A model generated the notes under the pieces. The model worked only from the letters and a program-made list of their open reading frames with translations. It was not told the origin of the DNA and made no database searches. Positions 24,258-32,374 of a DNA stretch of 50,260 nt are shown in pieces; the stretch's first letter is position 1, and every line of letters begins with the position of its first letter. The stretch is from Minisyncoccota bacterium (GTDB lineage Bacteria; Patescibacteriota; Minisyncoccia; Phycocordibacterales; UBA2100): positions 1 to 50,260 of the forward strand of contig JARLIE010000236.1 in NCBI GenBank assembly GCA_031291875.1, in the 5' to 3' direction. The position numbers were made by a program, and so were the translations under genes.

Positions 24258-25493
24258 TTATAGCGACCGAAGATACGAGAGAAGACCACCGAGCGCTGTT
24301 TGAAGCGTGCGGAGAAGGCCCGCAACTGTCGGCGAGTTGTTCCCGGAATATTGCGAATTGAAGGAAGAAGCGAATGTGTCTTGGGTGTATGCGGGAAGCT
24401 GATAGTCACGTGCGCCGGATTGCTGAGAAGTCGTTGCATTGGCCGGGATAATATCGTTCACGATCCTATCGAGGTTTTGATTCAAGGAAAGTGATCCGCT
24501 CGCAGTTGCGACACTGCCGAGGTTGGTAATTATATTCAACGCTTGCTGTGCTGATGTGGAGGTTTGGGGCAAAGCAATCGGTGTCGTCTGAAAGAGGTTT
24601 GAAAAAATATTTGTACTGGTGGTCGCAGGGGTGGTGAGGGGAGAGGTTGGTGTGATTGTAGGGGTTGAAGGAGTAGAAGGAGGAATTGTTTGGGGCTGTT
24701 GGCCGAGAACTTGCGGAGATGCGGAAGAAGAGCCGCTTGAGGGCTGAGAAAGACTGCTGCAAGGAACGGCGATAATCGGCTCCTGGCTTGCAAGGCAGTA
24801 GCCGGGAGGAATGGAAATTTGCGAACTGACCGAGCGAGGAGGTACGTCGTCTTGTGATGGTGTTGCGGCGCTCGAGAGCGTCCCGTTTCCGCCGCTAGCG
24901 TTGCAAACGCCGCATTGTCCTTGCCTACCGCCTGCATCTTGAAAGTGGTTGGGGTCCCAGGCGCCGATCGTTGCGATACCGTAGGACGCTGCGTTGGCGC
25001 GCATCCAAGCAGTTTGTTGGGCGTTGCTGTTGTTGAAGTCGGCGGCAAGTCCCCAGACATGATAGGAACCGCAGGCGGTAGTTACGCGCGTGGCTCCGTC
25101 GCCTCGGGCGATGATACTGTTTTGCTCAGTGATAGAGCGGTAACCGCTCGTAATGACGGGCGGCCCGCCGGGAACAGCTTGCATAAACTTAGCGAGTTTT
25201 TCCGCAAATTGCGGGCTCAAACAAGAAATATTCGAACCTTTTGTGGCGTGCTGCTGCAGCCAGAGCTTTGCATCGCCGGCCGCTTGCCCGGTATTTTGGT
25301 CGCCCGGGTTCCAACACTGCACTGAGGCTGGCAATCCTGCGGCGTTCGCAGCCGCTCGCGTTGCGTCGGTGATGGCGACCGATCCGGCTGGACATTGAGT
25401 ATCTGCGGATGCGCGCAGAGCTATAGCCGTTAGCGAACAAGAAAATGCGAGCGCGAGAAGTACCCAGAAAGCACTGCTCGCACTCGATCTCAT
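24258..25493 (-). CDS. Secreted peptidase M15 (VanY/D-Ala-D-Ala carboxypeptidase-like) protein with an S/T/P-rich linker and the same conserved C-terminal tail
   Basis: Signal peptide from M23 (ATG at 25493, TATACT box 6 nt upstream). ITSGYRS..EQ....SYHVWGLAADF motif. Ends ...LLSYLRSL. Confidence 0.7.
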   Translation of the reverse strand: MRSSASSAFWVLLALAFSCSLTAIALRASADTQCPAGSVAITDATRAAANAAGLPASVQCWNPGDQNTGQAAGDAKLWLQQHATKGSNISCLSPQFAEKLAKFMQAVPGGPPVITSGYRSITEQNSIIARGDGATRVTTACGSYHVWGLAADFNNSNAQQTAWMRANAASYGIATIGAWDPNHFQDAGGRQGQCGVCNASGGNGTLSSAATPSQDDVPPRSVSSQISIPPGYCLASQEPIIAVPCSSLSQPSSGSSSASPQVLGQQPQTIPPSTPSTPTITPTSPLTTPATTSTNIFSNLFQTTPIALPQTSTSAQQALNIITNLGSVATASGSLSLNQNLDRIVNDIIPANATTSQQSGARDYQLPAYTQDTFASSFNSQYSGNNSPTVAGLLRTLQTALGGLLSYLRSL

Positions 25494-25711
25494 GCGCGAA
25501 GTATACCGTGGTTTCCAGACATGAGGCTCTAGAGAACGCGCGGCGCGAAGGCCGAACACGCCGGAAGCGAATCGAATAGTGCGTGAGTGCGTGCTACTCG
25601 CGACAACCTCATATTCGGGTATCTGCCGACCTGAATCCTAACCATGCGAACGAGTGGTGCAGCCAAGAGTCATTCCAGGTGCAGCCATTTCGAAATGGTA
25701 CACTTGTTTCC

Positions 25712-26500
25712 ATGAGTGAATCGATCTCGCAGCTCATGGACCTGAGCGAAAAGACGGTGATCGTAACTGGCGCTGCTATGGGCATCGGGCTTGGCATCGC
25801 GAAGCGTTTGAGCGAAGCAAAGGCGAACATCGTACTCGTTGATCTGAACGAGGAAGCGGGAAAAGCTGCCGCACAAGAATTGGCAGCTACCAGCAAGGCG
25901 ATTTTTGTGCAGGCGGATGTTTCGAGCGAAGCGGACGTGCAAAAAGTCGTTGATACGGCTCGCACCGAATTCGGCGGCATTGACGTCTTGGTGAATAATG
26001 CGGGCATTTATCCGATGCAATCGATGCTGCAAATGGAGGCGGCGAAGTTCGATAAAGTCATCGCGGTCAATCTTCGGAGCGTATTCATACTTACAAAAGC
26101 AGTTGCACAACTCTTGATCGATCAGGGCAGGGGAGGAAAGATCATCAACATCACCTCAATCGACGCGCTGCACCCTTCGTCAATCGGACTTGCCGCATAC
26201 GACGCCTCCAAGCACGGCCTGTGGGGTTTTACGAAAAACGCCGCGCTCGAATTAGCGCCGTACAATATCCAGGTGAATGCCATTGCGCCGGGCGGCATTG
26301 CGACTCCCGGTACCGGTTCTACCGCGCCAGCAGGCGCAGCAATGGAAGAGGTGAGAAAGAAATTCACGGAAAAAATTCCTATGCATCGCTTCGGAGAAGC
26401 GGACGACATCGGTAAGGTCGCGCTCTTCCTCGCATCCGGTCTCTCTTCCTATGTGACGGGTGCGCAAATAGTCGTCGACGGGGGCGTCTTGCTCTCCTAA
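25712..26500 (+). CDS. Short-chain dehydrogenase/reductase (FabG-like)
   Basis: TGAAMGIG Rossmann motif, NNAG, YxxxK (YDASKHG). TGgTACACT box 7 nt upstream of the ATG at 25712. Confidence 0.88.
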   Translation: MSESISQLMDLSEKTVIVTGAAMGIGLGIAKRLSEAKANIVLVDLNEEAGKAAAQELAATSKAIFVQADVSSEADVQKVVDTARTEFGGIDVLVNNAGIYPMQSMLQMEAAKFDKVIAVNLRSVFILTKAVAQLLIDQGRGGKIINITSIDALHPSSIGLAAYDASKHGLWGFTKNAALELAPYNIQVNAIAPGGIATPGTGSTAPAGAAMEEVRKKFTEKIPMHRFGEADDIGKVALFLASGLSSYVTGAQIVVDGGVLLS

Positions 26501-26507
26501 GTTCGGT

Positions 26508-27056
26508 ATGTCCCTCACGGATATCATCGCGATCTCCGCAAACATAGCGCTTACACTCACGTTTGTCGTCGGTCTTATATTCGGCATCATCCAGGTGAAA
26601 GCAGCTGAGCGAGATCGTCGTGAGCGACTTACCGTCGACATCCTGCGTGCATTTCAAACGCGCGAATTCGCCGAATTCATCAACTTCTTCCGCAAGGGAA
26701 AGCTCCCCAAGAGTCAGGCGGAGTTTGACGCCTTGGCCGAACGAGAACAAATCATGTATCTGCAATTTTCACAGCAGATGGAATCGCTCGGAATTCTCGT
26801 TGCGGAAAACATCGTGGATATCGACCTCGTCGATAAAACACTTGGCAATTTCGTATCGCTTGCATGGAAAAGGTATGACGCTCGCTTCTCCGAAGCTCGC
26901 AAGTCAGATCCGTTCCTTGGCGAATACTTCCAGTGGCTCGCGGAGCGCATGAGCGAACACAGCGCAGAATTTCCTCGCGAACCGTTTTACCTCAGCGGCG
27001 CAAAGCCCGCTCATAAGCACGCCTCGAGCCGCCGTAATCGAAGAAGTAACTCATAG
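26508..27056 (+). CDS. Hypothetical N-terminally membrane-anchored protein (possibly DUF4760-like)
   Basis: Single N-terminal TM followed by a helical soluble part. Follows the SDR by 7 nt. Confidence 0.55.
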   Translation: MSLTDIIAISANIALTLTFVVGLIFGIIQVKAAERDRRERLTVDILRAFQTREFAEFINFFRKGKLPKSQAEFDALAEREQIMYLQFSQQMESLGILVAENIVDIDLVDKTLGNFVSLAWKRYDARFSEARKSDPFLGEYFQWLAERMSEHSAEFPREPFYLSGAKPAHKHASSRRNRRSNS

Positions 27057-27103
27057 CGCACCACAAAGCGAAAATCCGCACTGATAGTGCGGATTTTGCG
27101 AAG

Positions 27104-27494
27104 TGGTGGAGGTGGGGAGAATCGAACTCCCGTCCAGAGAAAAGTACGGTGCGTGTGTCTACGTGGCGTAGATCACCTGTTTTTGTTTAGGAGTGATGTA
27201 TATAAGATGAACGAAAACACATCACCCCGAGTCCGTGTGCTGGGGTCGGCGTTGGACACCACCGACTTGCGCTTGAGAATTTTACGCCCGACGAAGCTTG
27301 ATCAAGCTTCGGCTCCGCGGACGGCGCATAAGGCCCGGAGGCGTTATGCGAGCTGCAGGTTACCCAATTGAATGGGCGAAACAACTGCACGTGCTACTTT
27401 GTTCGCACTTGAAGTTTGCGAAAGTTTGAGAACATTCCGCAAGTTCGCCGCGCGCACGCACATACCGATTTCCCTGTCGAAGCCAGTCACCCCC
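27104..27494 (-). ncRNA. ssrA: tmRNA (transfer-messenger RNA)
   Basis: 5' GGGGGUGACUGGCUUCGACAGGGA and 3' GGGAGUUCGAUUCUCCCCACCUCCACCA. Acceptor stem with G3:U70. Adjacent to smpB. Candidate tag ORF 27344-27406. Confidence 0.9.
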
Positions 27495-27560
27495 CACCCA
27501 CGACCGCCTTGCGGCGGTCACGGGTGGGGACCGGCTGCTTCCCTGGTATAGCAGGGGAGA

Positions 27561-28001
27561 TTACTTAGTTTTCAAAGTTCGATCGATTCGTCGCTTCTCT
27601 TCGCGCTCGCGTATGCTCTGACGTTTATCTTCTTTTTTCTTTCCGCGCGCAACGGCGATGAGGAGCTTCAAATGACGGCCTTTATTATACACTTTTATTG
27701 GCACTATTGTCAACCCTTTTTCGCCTTCCGCTGAGGCTACGTGCGCTATTTCTTTGGTCGAAAGCAGTAATTTGCGCGGACGTTCAGGGTCGTACGACTT
27801 CGGCGCGTTCGCCGCCTGCCAGGCCGGCACCGTCGCACCCACGAGATAGGCTTCACCGCCTCTTGCGACAACGCGTGCACCATTGAGCGATCCCTGTCCT
27901 GCTCGCAGGGACTTCACTTCGTAGCCGTACAATTCCAAACCCGCCTCTATTTCTTCGAGGATCGTGTAATCGAAGCCGACCCGCTTGTTCACGACAGTCA
28001 T
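27561..28001 (-). CDS. smpB: SsrA-binding protein SmpB
   Basis: ...N.RV.FDY.ILE..EAG..L.G.EVKSLR.G...L....V motif. Confidence 0.93.
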   Translation of the reverse strand: MTVVNKRVGFDYTILEEIEAGLELYGYEVKSLRAGQGSLNGARVVARGGEAYLVGATVPAWQAANAPKSYDPERPRKLLLSTKEIAHVASAEGEKGLTIVPIKVYNKGRHLKLLIAVARGKKKEDKRQSIREREEKRRIDRTLKTK

Positions 28002-28067
28002 AACAGCAGTCTACCCCAAGCAATAATTCTTTTCATTAAACGTCAAACAGGTATAATGGTTTTCTCT

Positions 28068-29990
28068 ATGCCACCCACCGACGATAAAAAAACAAAGGTA
28101 CCGGGCGGCGCTCCGCAGGGCCCTTCGATTTGGATGCAGCTCGCCATAGCTGCGATTGTTTTTCTGATTCTTTCGGCAGGGTATTCCGCGGTCAAACAAT
28201 ACTTTTCTCAACAAAGCCAGAGCGTCCCGCTTTCGCAGATCGTAAGCGACGTCGAGGCAGGGAAGGTTAGTTCCATCACGGTTCAGGGCAACGATGTGAG
28301 TGCGACGTACGCGGACGGTTCCACAAAAGACGCCACCAAGGAAGATGAGAACTCCTTCTCACAAACGCTCGTCAATTACGGCGTACCTGCCGAAAAGATC
28401 TCTGCAGTAAAGATTACGGTCCAAGACCAATCCGGCCTGCAATTTTGGGCTATTACACTGATTCCGATCATCGTGCCATCGCTAATGATCTTCGGGCTCG
28501 TGTGGTATCTCTCGCGACAGTTGCGCGGCGGAGGAGGAATGCAGGCCTTCACCTTCGGCCGCTCGCTCGCTCGCATGATCTCGCCGGAGGATTCGGGCAA
28601 GGTCACGTTTGCCGACGTCGCAGGAGCCAAAGAGGCCAAGATCGAGCTCGCTGAAATCGTCGACTTTTTGAAGAATCCAAAGAAATTCATCCAGATCGGC
28701 GCTCGCATTCCCAAGGGCGTGCTTTTGATGGGCGCACCTGGTACCGGTAAAACAATGCTCGCCCGTGCCGTTGCGGGAGAAGCGGGCGTGCCATTCTTCT
28801 CGATCTCGGGCTCTGAATTCGTCGAAATGTTCGTCGGTGTCGGCGCTTCTCGCGTTCGCGATCTTTTTCAGACAGCCAAAAAATCTGCGCCGGCGATTAT
28901 ATTCGTCGACGAGATCGACGCCGTAGGTCGCGTCCGCGGCTCTGGCGTGGGTGGTGGCAACGATGAACGCGAGCAGACACTCAACCAGATTCTCGTCGAG
29001 ATGGACGGCTTTGAACCCGCCGAAAAGGTGATCGTCATGGCGGCGACCAACAGGCCGGACGTGCTTGATCCGGCACTCCTTCGCCCGGGACGCTTCGACC
29101 GTCGTGTTGTTATCGATTTGCCCGATCGCAGAGATCGCGAAGATATCCTCATGACGCATGCACGAAAGAAGCCGCTTGGCGCGGACGTAAAGCTCGCCGT
29201 CATTGCGGAACGCACGCCAGGATTTAGTGGCGCGGATCTTGCCAATTTGATGAACGAAGCTGCGATTCTCGCCGCGCGCGAAAATCGCAAAGAAATCACA
29301 CAGTACGATCTTATCCGATCGATCGAAAAGGTTATGCTCGGGCCCGAACGCCGCTCGCACGTTTTAAACAAGGCGGAGAAAGAGATCACGGCATATCACG
29401 AGGCTGGCCACGCGCTCGTCGCGAGCGTGTTGCCATATGCCGACCCGGTGCACAAAATATCGATCATCTCCCGCGGCCGAGCCGCAGGGTATACGCTGAA
29501 ACTTCCACTCGACGAACGCCGCATGCAGTCGCGAAGAGAATTCCTCGACGACATCGCTGTTTCGCTCGGAGGCTATTTGGCAGAGAAGATCGTCTTCGGC
29601 GACATCACAACCGGCGCCTCCAACGACCTCCAGGTCCTCACCGCGCTCGCACGCAATATGGTGACGCGCTACGGTATGTCCGAAAAAATGGGACCGGTGG
29701 CATTTGCGGCAAGCAGTCGCCAAGCGCTCTTTGGGGAAGGGGTTGAAGAAGAGGCGTCCCAGGAAGTTGCGGCGCAGATCGATGCGGAGGTACGCAAGAT
29801 AATTGAAGGGGCTCACAAGAAGGCTGAGAACGTAATCAAAAAACACCGCGACGCGCTTAACGCAATCGCCGAACGCTTGGTGGAAGTCGAAACGATCGAA
29901 CGCGAAGCTTTTGAAGACATCCTGATCGCGCACGGCATTACCCCAAAAAAGAAAGAGGTTCTTGAGCCGACAATCCCGCTCGTGGAATAA
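28068..29990 (+). CDS. ftsH: ATP-dependent zinc metalloprotease FtsH
   Basis: Two N-terminal TM segments, Walker [12 protein letters not shown] region, HEAGHA zinc motif. The ATG at 28056 lies inside the TATAAT box, so 28068 is preferred. Confidence 0.93.
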   Translation: MPPTDDKKTKVPGGAPQGPSIWMQLAIAAIVFLILSAGYSAVKQYFSQQSQSVPLSQIVSDVEAGKVSSITVQGNDVSATYADGSTKDATKEDENSFSQTLVNYGVPAEKISAVKITVQDQSGLQFWAITLIPIIVPSLMIFGLVWYLSRQLRGGGGMQAFTFGRSLARMISPEDSGKVTFADVAGAKEAKIELAEIVDFLKNPKKFIQIGARIPKGVLLMGAPGTGKTMLARAVAGEAGVPFFSISGSEFVEMFVGVGASRVRDLFQTAKKSAPAIIFVDEIDAVGRVRGSGVGGGNDEREQTLNQILVEMDGFEPAEKVIVMAATNRPDVLDPALLRPGRFDRRVVIDLPDRRDREDILMTHARKKPLGADVKLAVIAERTPGFSGADLANLMNEAAILAARENRKEITQYDLIRSIEKVMLGPERRSHVLNKAEKEITAYHEAGHALVASVLPYADPVHKISIISRGRAAGYTLKLPLDERRMQSRREFLDDIAVSLGGYLAEKIVFGDITTGASNDLQVLTALARNMVTRYGMSEKMGPVAFAASSRQALFGEGVEEEASQEVAAQIDAEVRKIIEGAHKKAENVIKKHRDALNAIAERLVEVETIEREAFEDILIAHGITPKKKEVLEPTIPLVE

Positions 29991-29998
29991 CAAAAGAA

Positions 29999-30034
29999 AG
30001 GCGCGTCGCTTTCGCGACGCGCTTCTTCGTTTTC
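29999..30034. terminator. Bidirectional terminator (GCGCGTCGC-TTTC-GCGACGCGC)
   Basis: 9-bp perfect stem 30001-09/30014-22 with T-rich tracts on both strands. Confidence 0.8.
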
Positions 30035-30173
30035 ACCGAGCCACGGCGACGTAGAACTGGGCACGCTGCGCTTGTTGCAGAGCGTGTCCACCTCCGAGGA
30101 GTATCACGGCTCCAACGAGGAGCAGAAAGACAGTCGTTTTTGTGCCGACTTCAGGCAGGTCCTTTTTGGCCAT
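30033..30173 (-). CDS. 46-aa single-TM membrane protein (below the ORF-track cutoff from this ATG)
   Basis: Own TTGACA-17-TATTAT promoter (30205-30233 on +), AAGGAGGA Shine-Dalgarno 7 nt upstream of the ATG at 30173, terminator downstream. Confidence 0.7.
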   Translation of the reverse strand: MAKKDLPEVGTKTTVFLLLVGAVILLGGGHALQQAQRAQFYVAVAR

Positions 30174-30204
30174 TGCGTATCCTCCTTGGCTGTATGCCGA
30201 TGTG

Positions 30205-30233
30205 ATAATACAAGTATATGTACGTTGTGTCAA
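30205..30233 (-). promoter_or_regulatory. Consensus-like sigma70 promoter (TTGACA-17-TATTAT) for the 46-aa ORF
   Basis: Reverse complement of 30228-33 is TTGACA. Reverse complement of 30205-10 is TATTAT. Spacer is 17 nt. Confidence 0.7.
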
Positions 30234-30244
30234 GTTTGCCTGTT

Positions 30245-30278
30245 GATAAAAACAAACGACGCACGGGTGGTGCGTCGT
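30245..30278 (-). terminator. Rho-independent terminator after ORF 30305..30724
   Basis: ACGACGCAC-GGGTG-GTGCGTCGT stem. TTGTTTTT follows on the minus strand. Confidence 0.75.
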
Positions 30279-30304
30279 ATGAGTTTGATGAGCATTCGCT
30301 CCAA

Positions 30305-30724
30305 TCAGTGCAATTGTTGCGGATGCACTTCATTGGGGTTTTGAACCGGCGGCGGTTCGATCTGGGCGAGTTCTCGTTTGTGGCCGTTGTATTCGACGAA
30401 TACTCGCATGCAGTGAAAGGTCTTGCAGATCTTATCGACGAGATCTTCGAGAGCAGACCACAGATCTTCTTGTGGGGTATTGAAGATAAAAGCTGCCAAC
30501 AAGACATAGGGCCCGGGATACTCGATATCATCTTGCCGATACGTACCGCCGACGTCCAAATGTTTAATCACTATTTGGTTGTGGTTTCGGACGGCCCAGG
30601 AAGTAACGACGGGTCCGAGTTCGGACAAAACATGATTCCTTCCGCTGGGATCCAGGGTTGGGACCTGCATTGCGACAAACTGAATCGGTAGACGCTGCGG
30701 CACGGGCAACTGCTTCGTTCCCAT
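30305..30724 (-). CDS. Hypothetical 139-aa protein
   Basis: AAGGAGAA Shine-Dalgarno upstream of the ATG at 30724 and a terminator downstream. Preferred over the mirror + ORF 30218..30691. Confidence 0.6.
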   Translation of the reverse strand: MGTKQLPVPQRLPIQFVAMQVPTLDPSGRNHVLSELGPVVTSWAVRNHNQIVIKHLDVGGTYRQDDIEYPGPYVLLAAFIFNTPQEDLWSALEDLVDKICKTFHCMRVFVEYNGHKRELAQIEPPPVQNPNEVHPQQLH

Positions 30725-30910
30725 GACATTCTCCTTACTCTATTGCAGAAGACGTTTTCGTCCTCCTAAATTCAATAGTGTTCTTCCTTGGTCTTTTGTC
30801 AAATAAATCCAAGGTACTTGCCGCGAGGTCGGATGTCTTACGGATCGTCGGCAATAACCCGCGCAGTATCGTGCGTCAATCCCGATGCGGGATTTTGTTA
30901 TACTCGCTTT

Positions 30911-32044
30911 ATGGCAACATCTAACGACAAGAAAGCGATAGCTTTACACAAAAAATTAAAGGGGAAGATTCGCGTTATGCCGGCGGCGCCGGTGCGCAAC
31001 AGGAAGGATCTCGCACTGGTCTATACGCCGGGCGTCGCCGCGGTATCGAGCCTCGTCGCGCAAAAGCCTGAACTCGCGCGAGAGTATACAGTAAAAGGCC
31101 GCATGGTCGCGGTTATATCTGATGGCTCGGCCGTCTTGGGCCTTGGCAACATCGGTGCGCTTGGCGCCTTGCCGGTCATGGAAGGAAAGAGCGCGATTTT
31201 TAAGACGTTTGCCGATGTCGATGCAGTGCCGATCGTGTTGGATACGCAAAATACCGACGAGATCGTCGATACCGTGCTTCGCATCGCGCCCGCGTTCGGC
31301 GGCATCAATTTGGAAGATATTGCCGCGCCGAAATGCTTTGAAGTTGAGCGGCGTGTCATCGAAAAATTGAATATACCCGTGATGCACGACGACCAGCACG
31401 GAACGGCCATCGTCGTTTTGGCGGGCCTGATCAACGCACTTAAGGTTGTAAAAAAGAAACTGGAAACCGCTCGTATCGTGATCAGTGGAGCCGGAGCTGC
31501 AGGCACCGCGACAGCAAATCTGTTGCGCGCAGCAGGCGCTCGGTACATCATCGTCCTCGATTCGAAGGGGATTATCGACGAGCATCGTCCCGAGCCGCAC
31601 AAACGCGAGCTTGCCGAATTCACCAATCCTGAAAAGAAGACGGGAGGCTTGCGCGAAGCACTCGAGGGCGCCGACGTACTGATCGGTGTTTCCGGACCAG
31701 GGCTCGCGACCGCAGCGGATATCAAAACAATGAATCCCAAGTCGATTGTTTTCGCACTCGCCAACCCGACGCCGGAGATCATGCCCGACGAAGCCAAAAA
31801 AGGCGGCGCTGCGGTGGTGGGGACCGGCCGCTCCGATTTTCCCAATCAAATCAACAACTCGCTCGCGTTCCCGGGTATCTTCCGCGGTGCGCTCGATCAC
31901 AAGGTCTCGAAGATTACGCAGGAAGTAAAGCTCAAGGCCGCGTATGCGATCGCGGGTTTGGTAAAAAAGCTCAACGCGCAAAAGATCGTCCCGGACATGT
32001 TCGACAAGCGTGTCGCCAAGGCCGTCGCGAAGGTCATTCGCTAA
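30911..32044 (+). CDS. NAD(P)-dependent malic enzyme (short bacterial type)
   Basis: LALVYTPGVA, ISDGSAVLGLGNIG, GINLEDI.APKCFE, HDDQHGTAIV, ISGAGAAG motifs. TGtTATACT box 6 nt upstream of the ATG at 30911. Confidence 0.9.
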   Translation: MATSNDKKAIALHKKLKGKIRVMPAAPVRNRKDLALVYTPGVAAVSSLVAQKPELAREYTVKGRMVAVISDGSAVLGLGNIGALGALPVMEGKSAIFKTFADVDAVPIVLDTQNTDEIVDTVLRIAPAFGGINLEDIAAPKCFEVERRVIEKLNIPVMHDDQHGTAIVVLAGLINALKVVKKKLETARIVISGAGAAGTATANLLRAAGARYIIVLDSKGIIDEHRPEPHKRELAEFTNPEKKTGGLREALEGADVLIGVSGPGLATAADIKTMNPKSIVFALANPTPEIMPDEAKKGGAAVVGTGRSDFPNQINNSLAFPGIFRGALDHKVSKITQEVKLKAAYAIAGLVKKLNAQKIVPDMFDKRVAKAVAKVIR

Positions 32045-32048
32045 AGGT

Positions 32049-32288
32049 ATGGAACCGATGATGCTAGCCCAGATGAAACGACAACTGGTCTTCCAGGTGG
32101 AAGAGATAAAGAAAACGGAGCATGAACTCCATACGCAAGAACTCCTGCTCGAAACGACCAAAAAGAAAGTGGAGGAATTGCGCAAGAAACTGACGGACGA
32201 AAAGCGCAAAGTCGATCAGTTTACCCACGAGACCCAGCAGGCGGAAGAACAGTTGCGAAAGCAGACCTTCGAACAGCAACGCCGCTAA
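32049..32288 (+). CDS. Small coiled-coil protein (79 aa, K/E/Q-rich)
   Basis: Heptad-like charged sequence. 4 nt after the malic enzyme stop. Terminator follows. Confidence 0.5.
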   Translation: MEPMMLAQMKRQLVFQVEEIKKTEHELHTQELLLETTKKKVEELRKKLTDEKRKVDQFTHETQQAEEQLRKQTFEQQRR

Positions 32289-32312
32289 AGAACGACTCCT
32301 CCGAGAAAGGTT

Positions 32313-32345
32313 ACCCTGCCCGTTGAGCCGGCAGGGTCTTTATCT
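32313..32345 (+). terminator. Rho-independent terminator
   Basis: ACCCTGCC...GGCAGGGT stem followed by a T-rich tail. Confidence 0.65.
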
Positions 32346-32374
32346 TGAGAATACCGTTTATCTCGCTAGCCTCA

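Noticed and set aside
21633-27104. Genomic island integrated at the tmRNA 3' end
   Set aside because: I found no integrase gene, no direct repeat of the ssrA 3' end and no other mobile-element genes. Only the 23.1-24.2 kb stretch shows a GC drop.
27087-27371. 94-aa plus-strand ORF (and 27187..27390 minus)
   Set aside because: It lies entirely within the tmRNA gene. The RNA gene explains the sequence.
28482-29360. 292-aa and 173-aa minus-strand ORFs inside ftsH
   Set aside because: They are shadow ORFs opposite a canonical FtsH with all motifs intact.
30218-30691. 157-aa plus-strand ORF mirroring 30305..30724
   Set aside because: The minus-strand frame has an AAGGAG SD and a downstream terminator. 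The plus-strand ORF would start inside that terminator and has no SD or -10 box.
30956-32209. 417-aa minus-strand ORF (and nested ORF 31021..31845)
   Set aside because: It is antisense to the well-supported malic enzyme gene. It is Arg-rich with no recognisable motifs.
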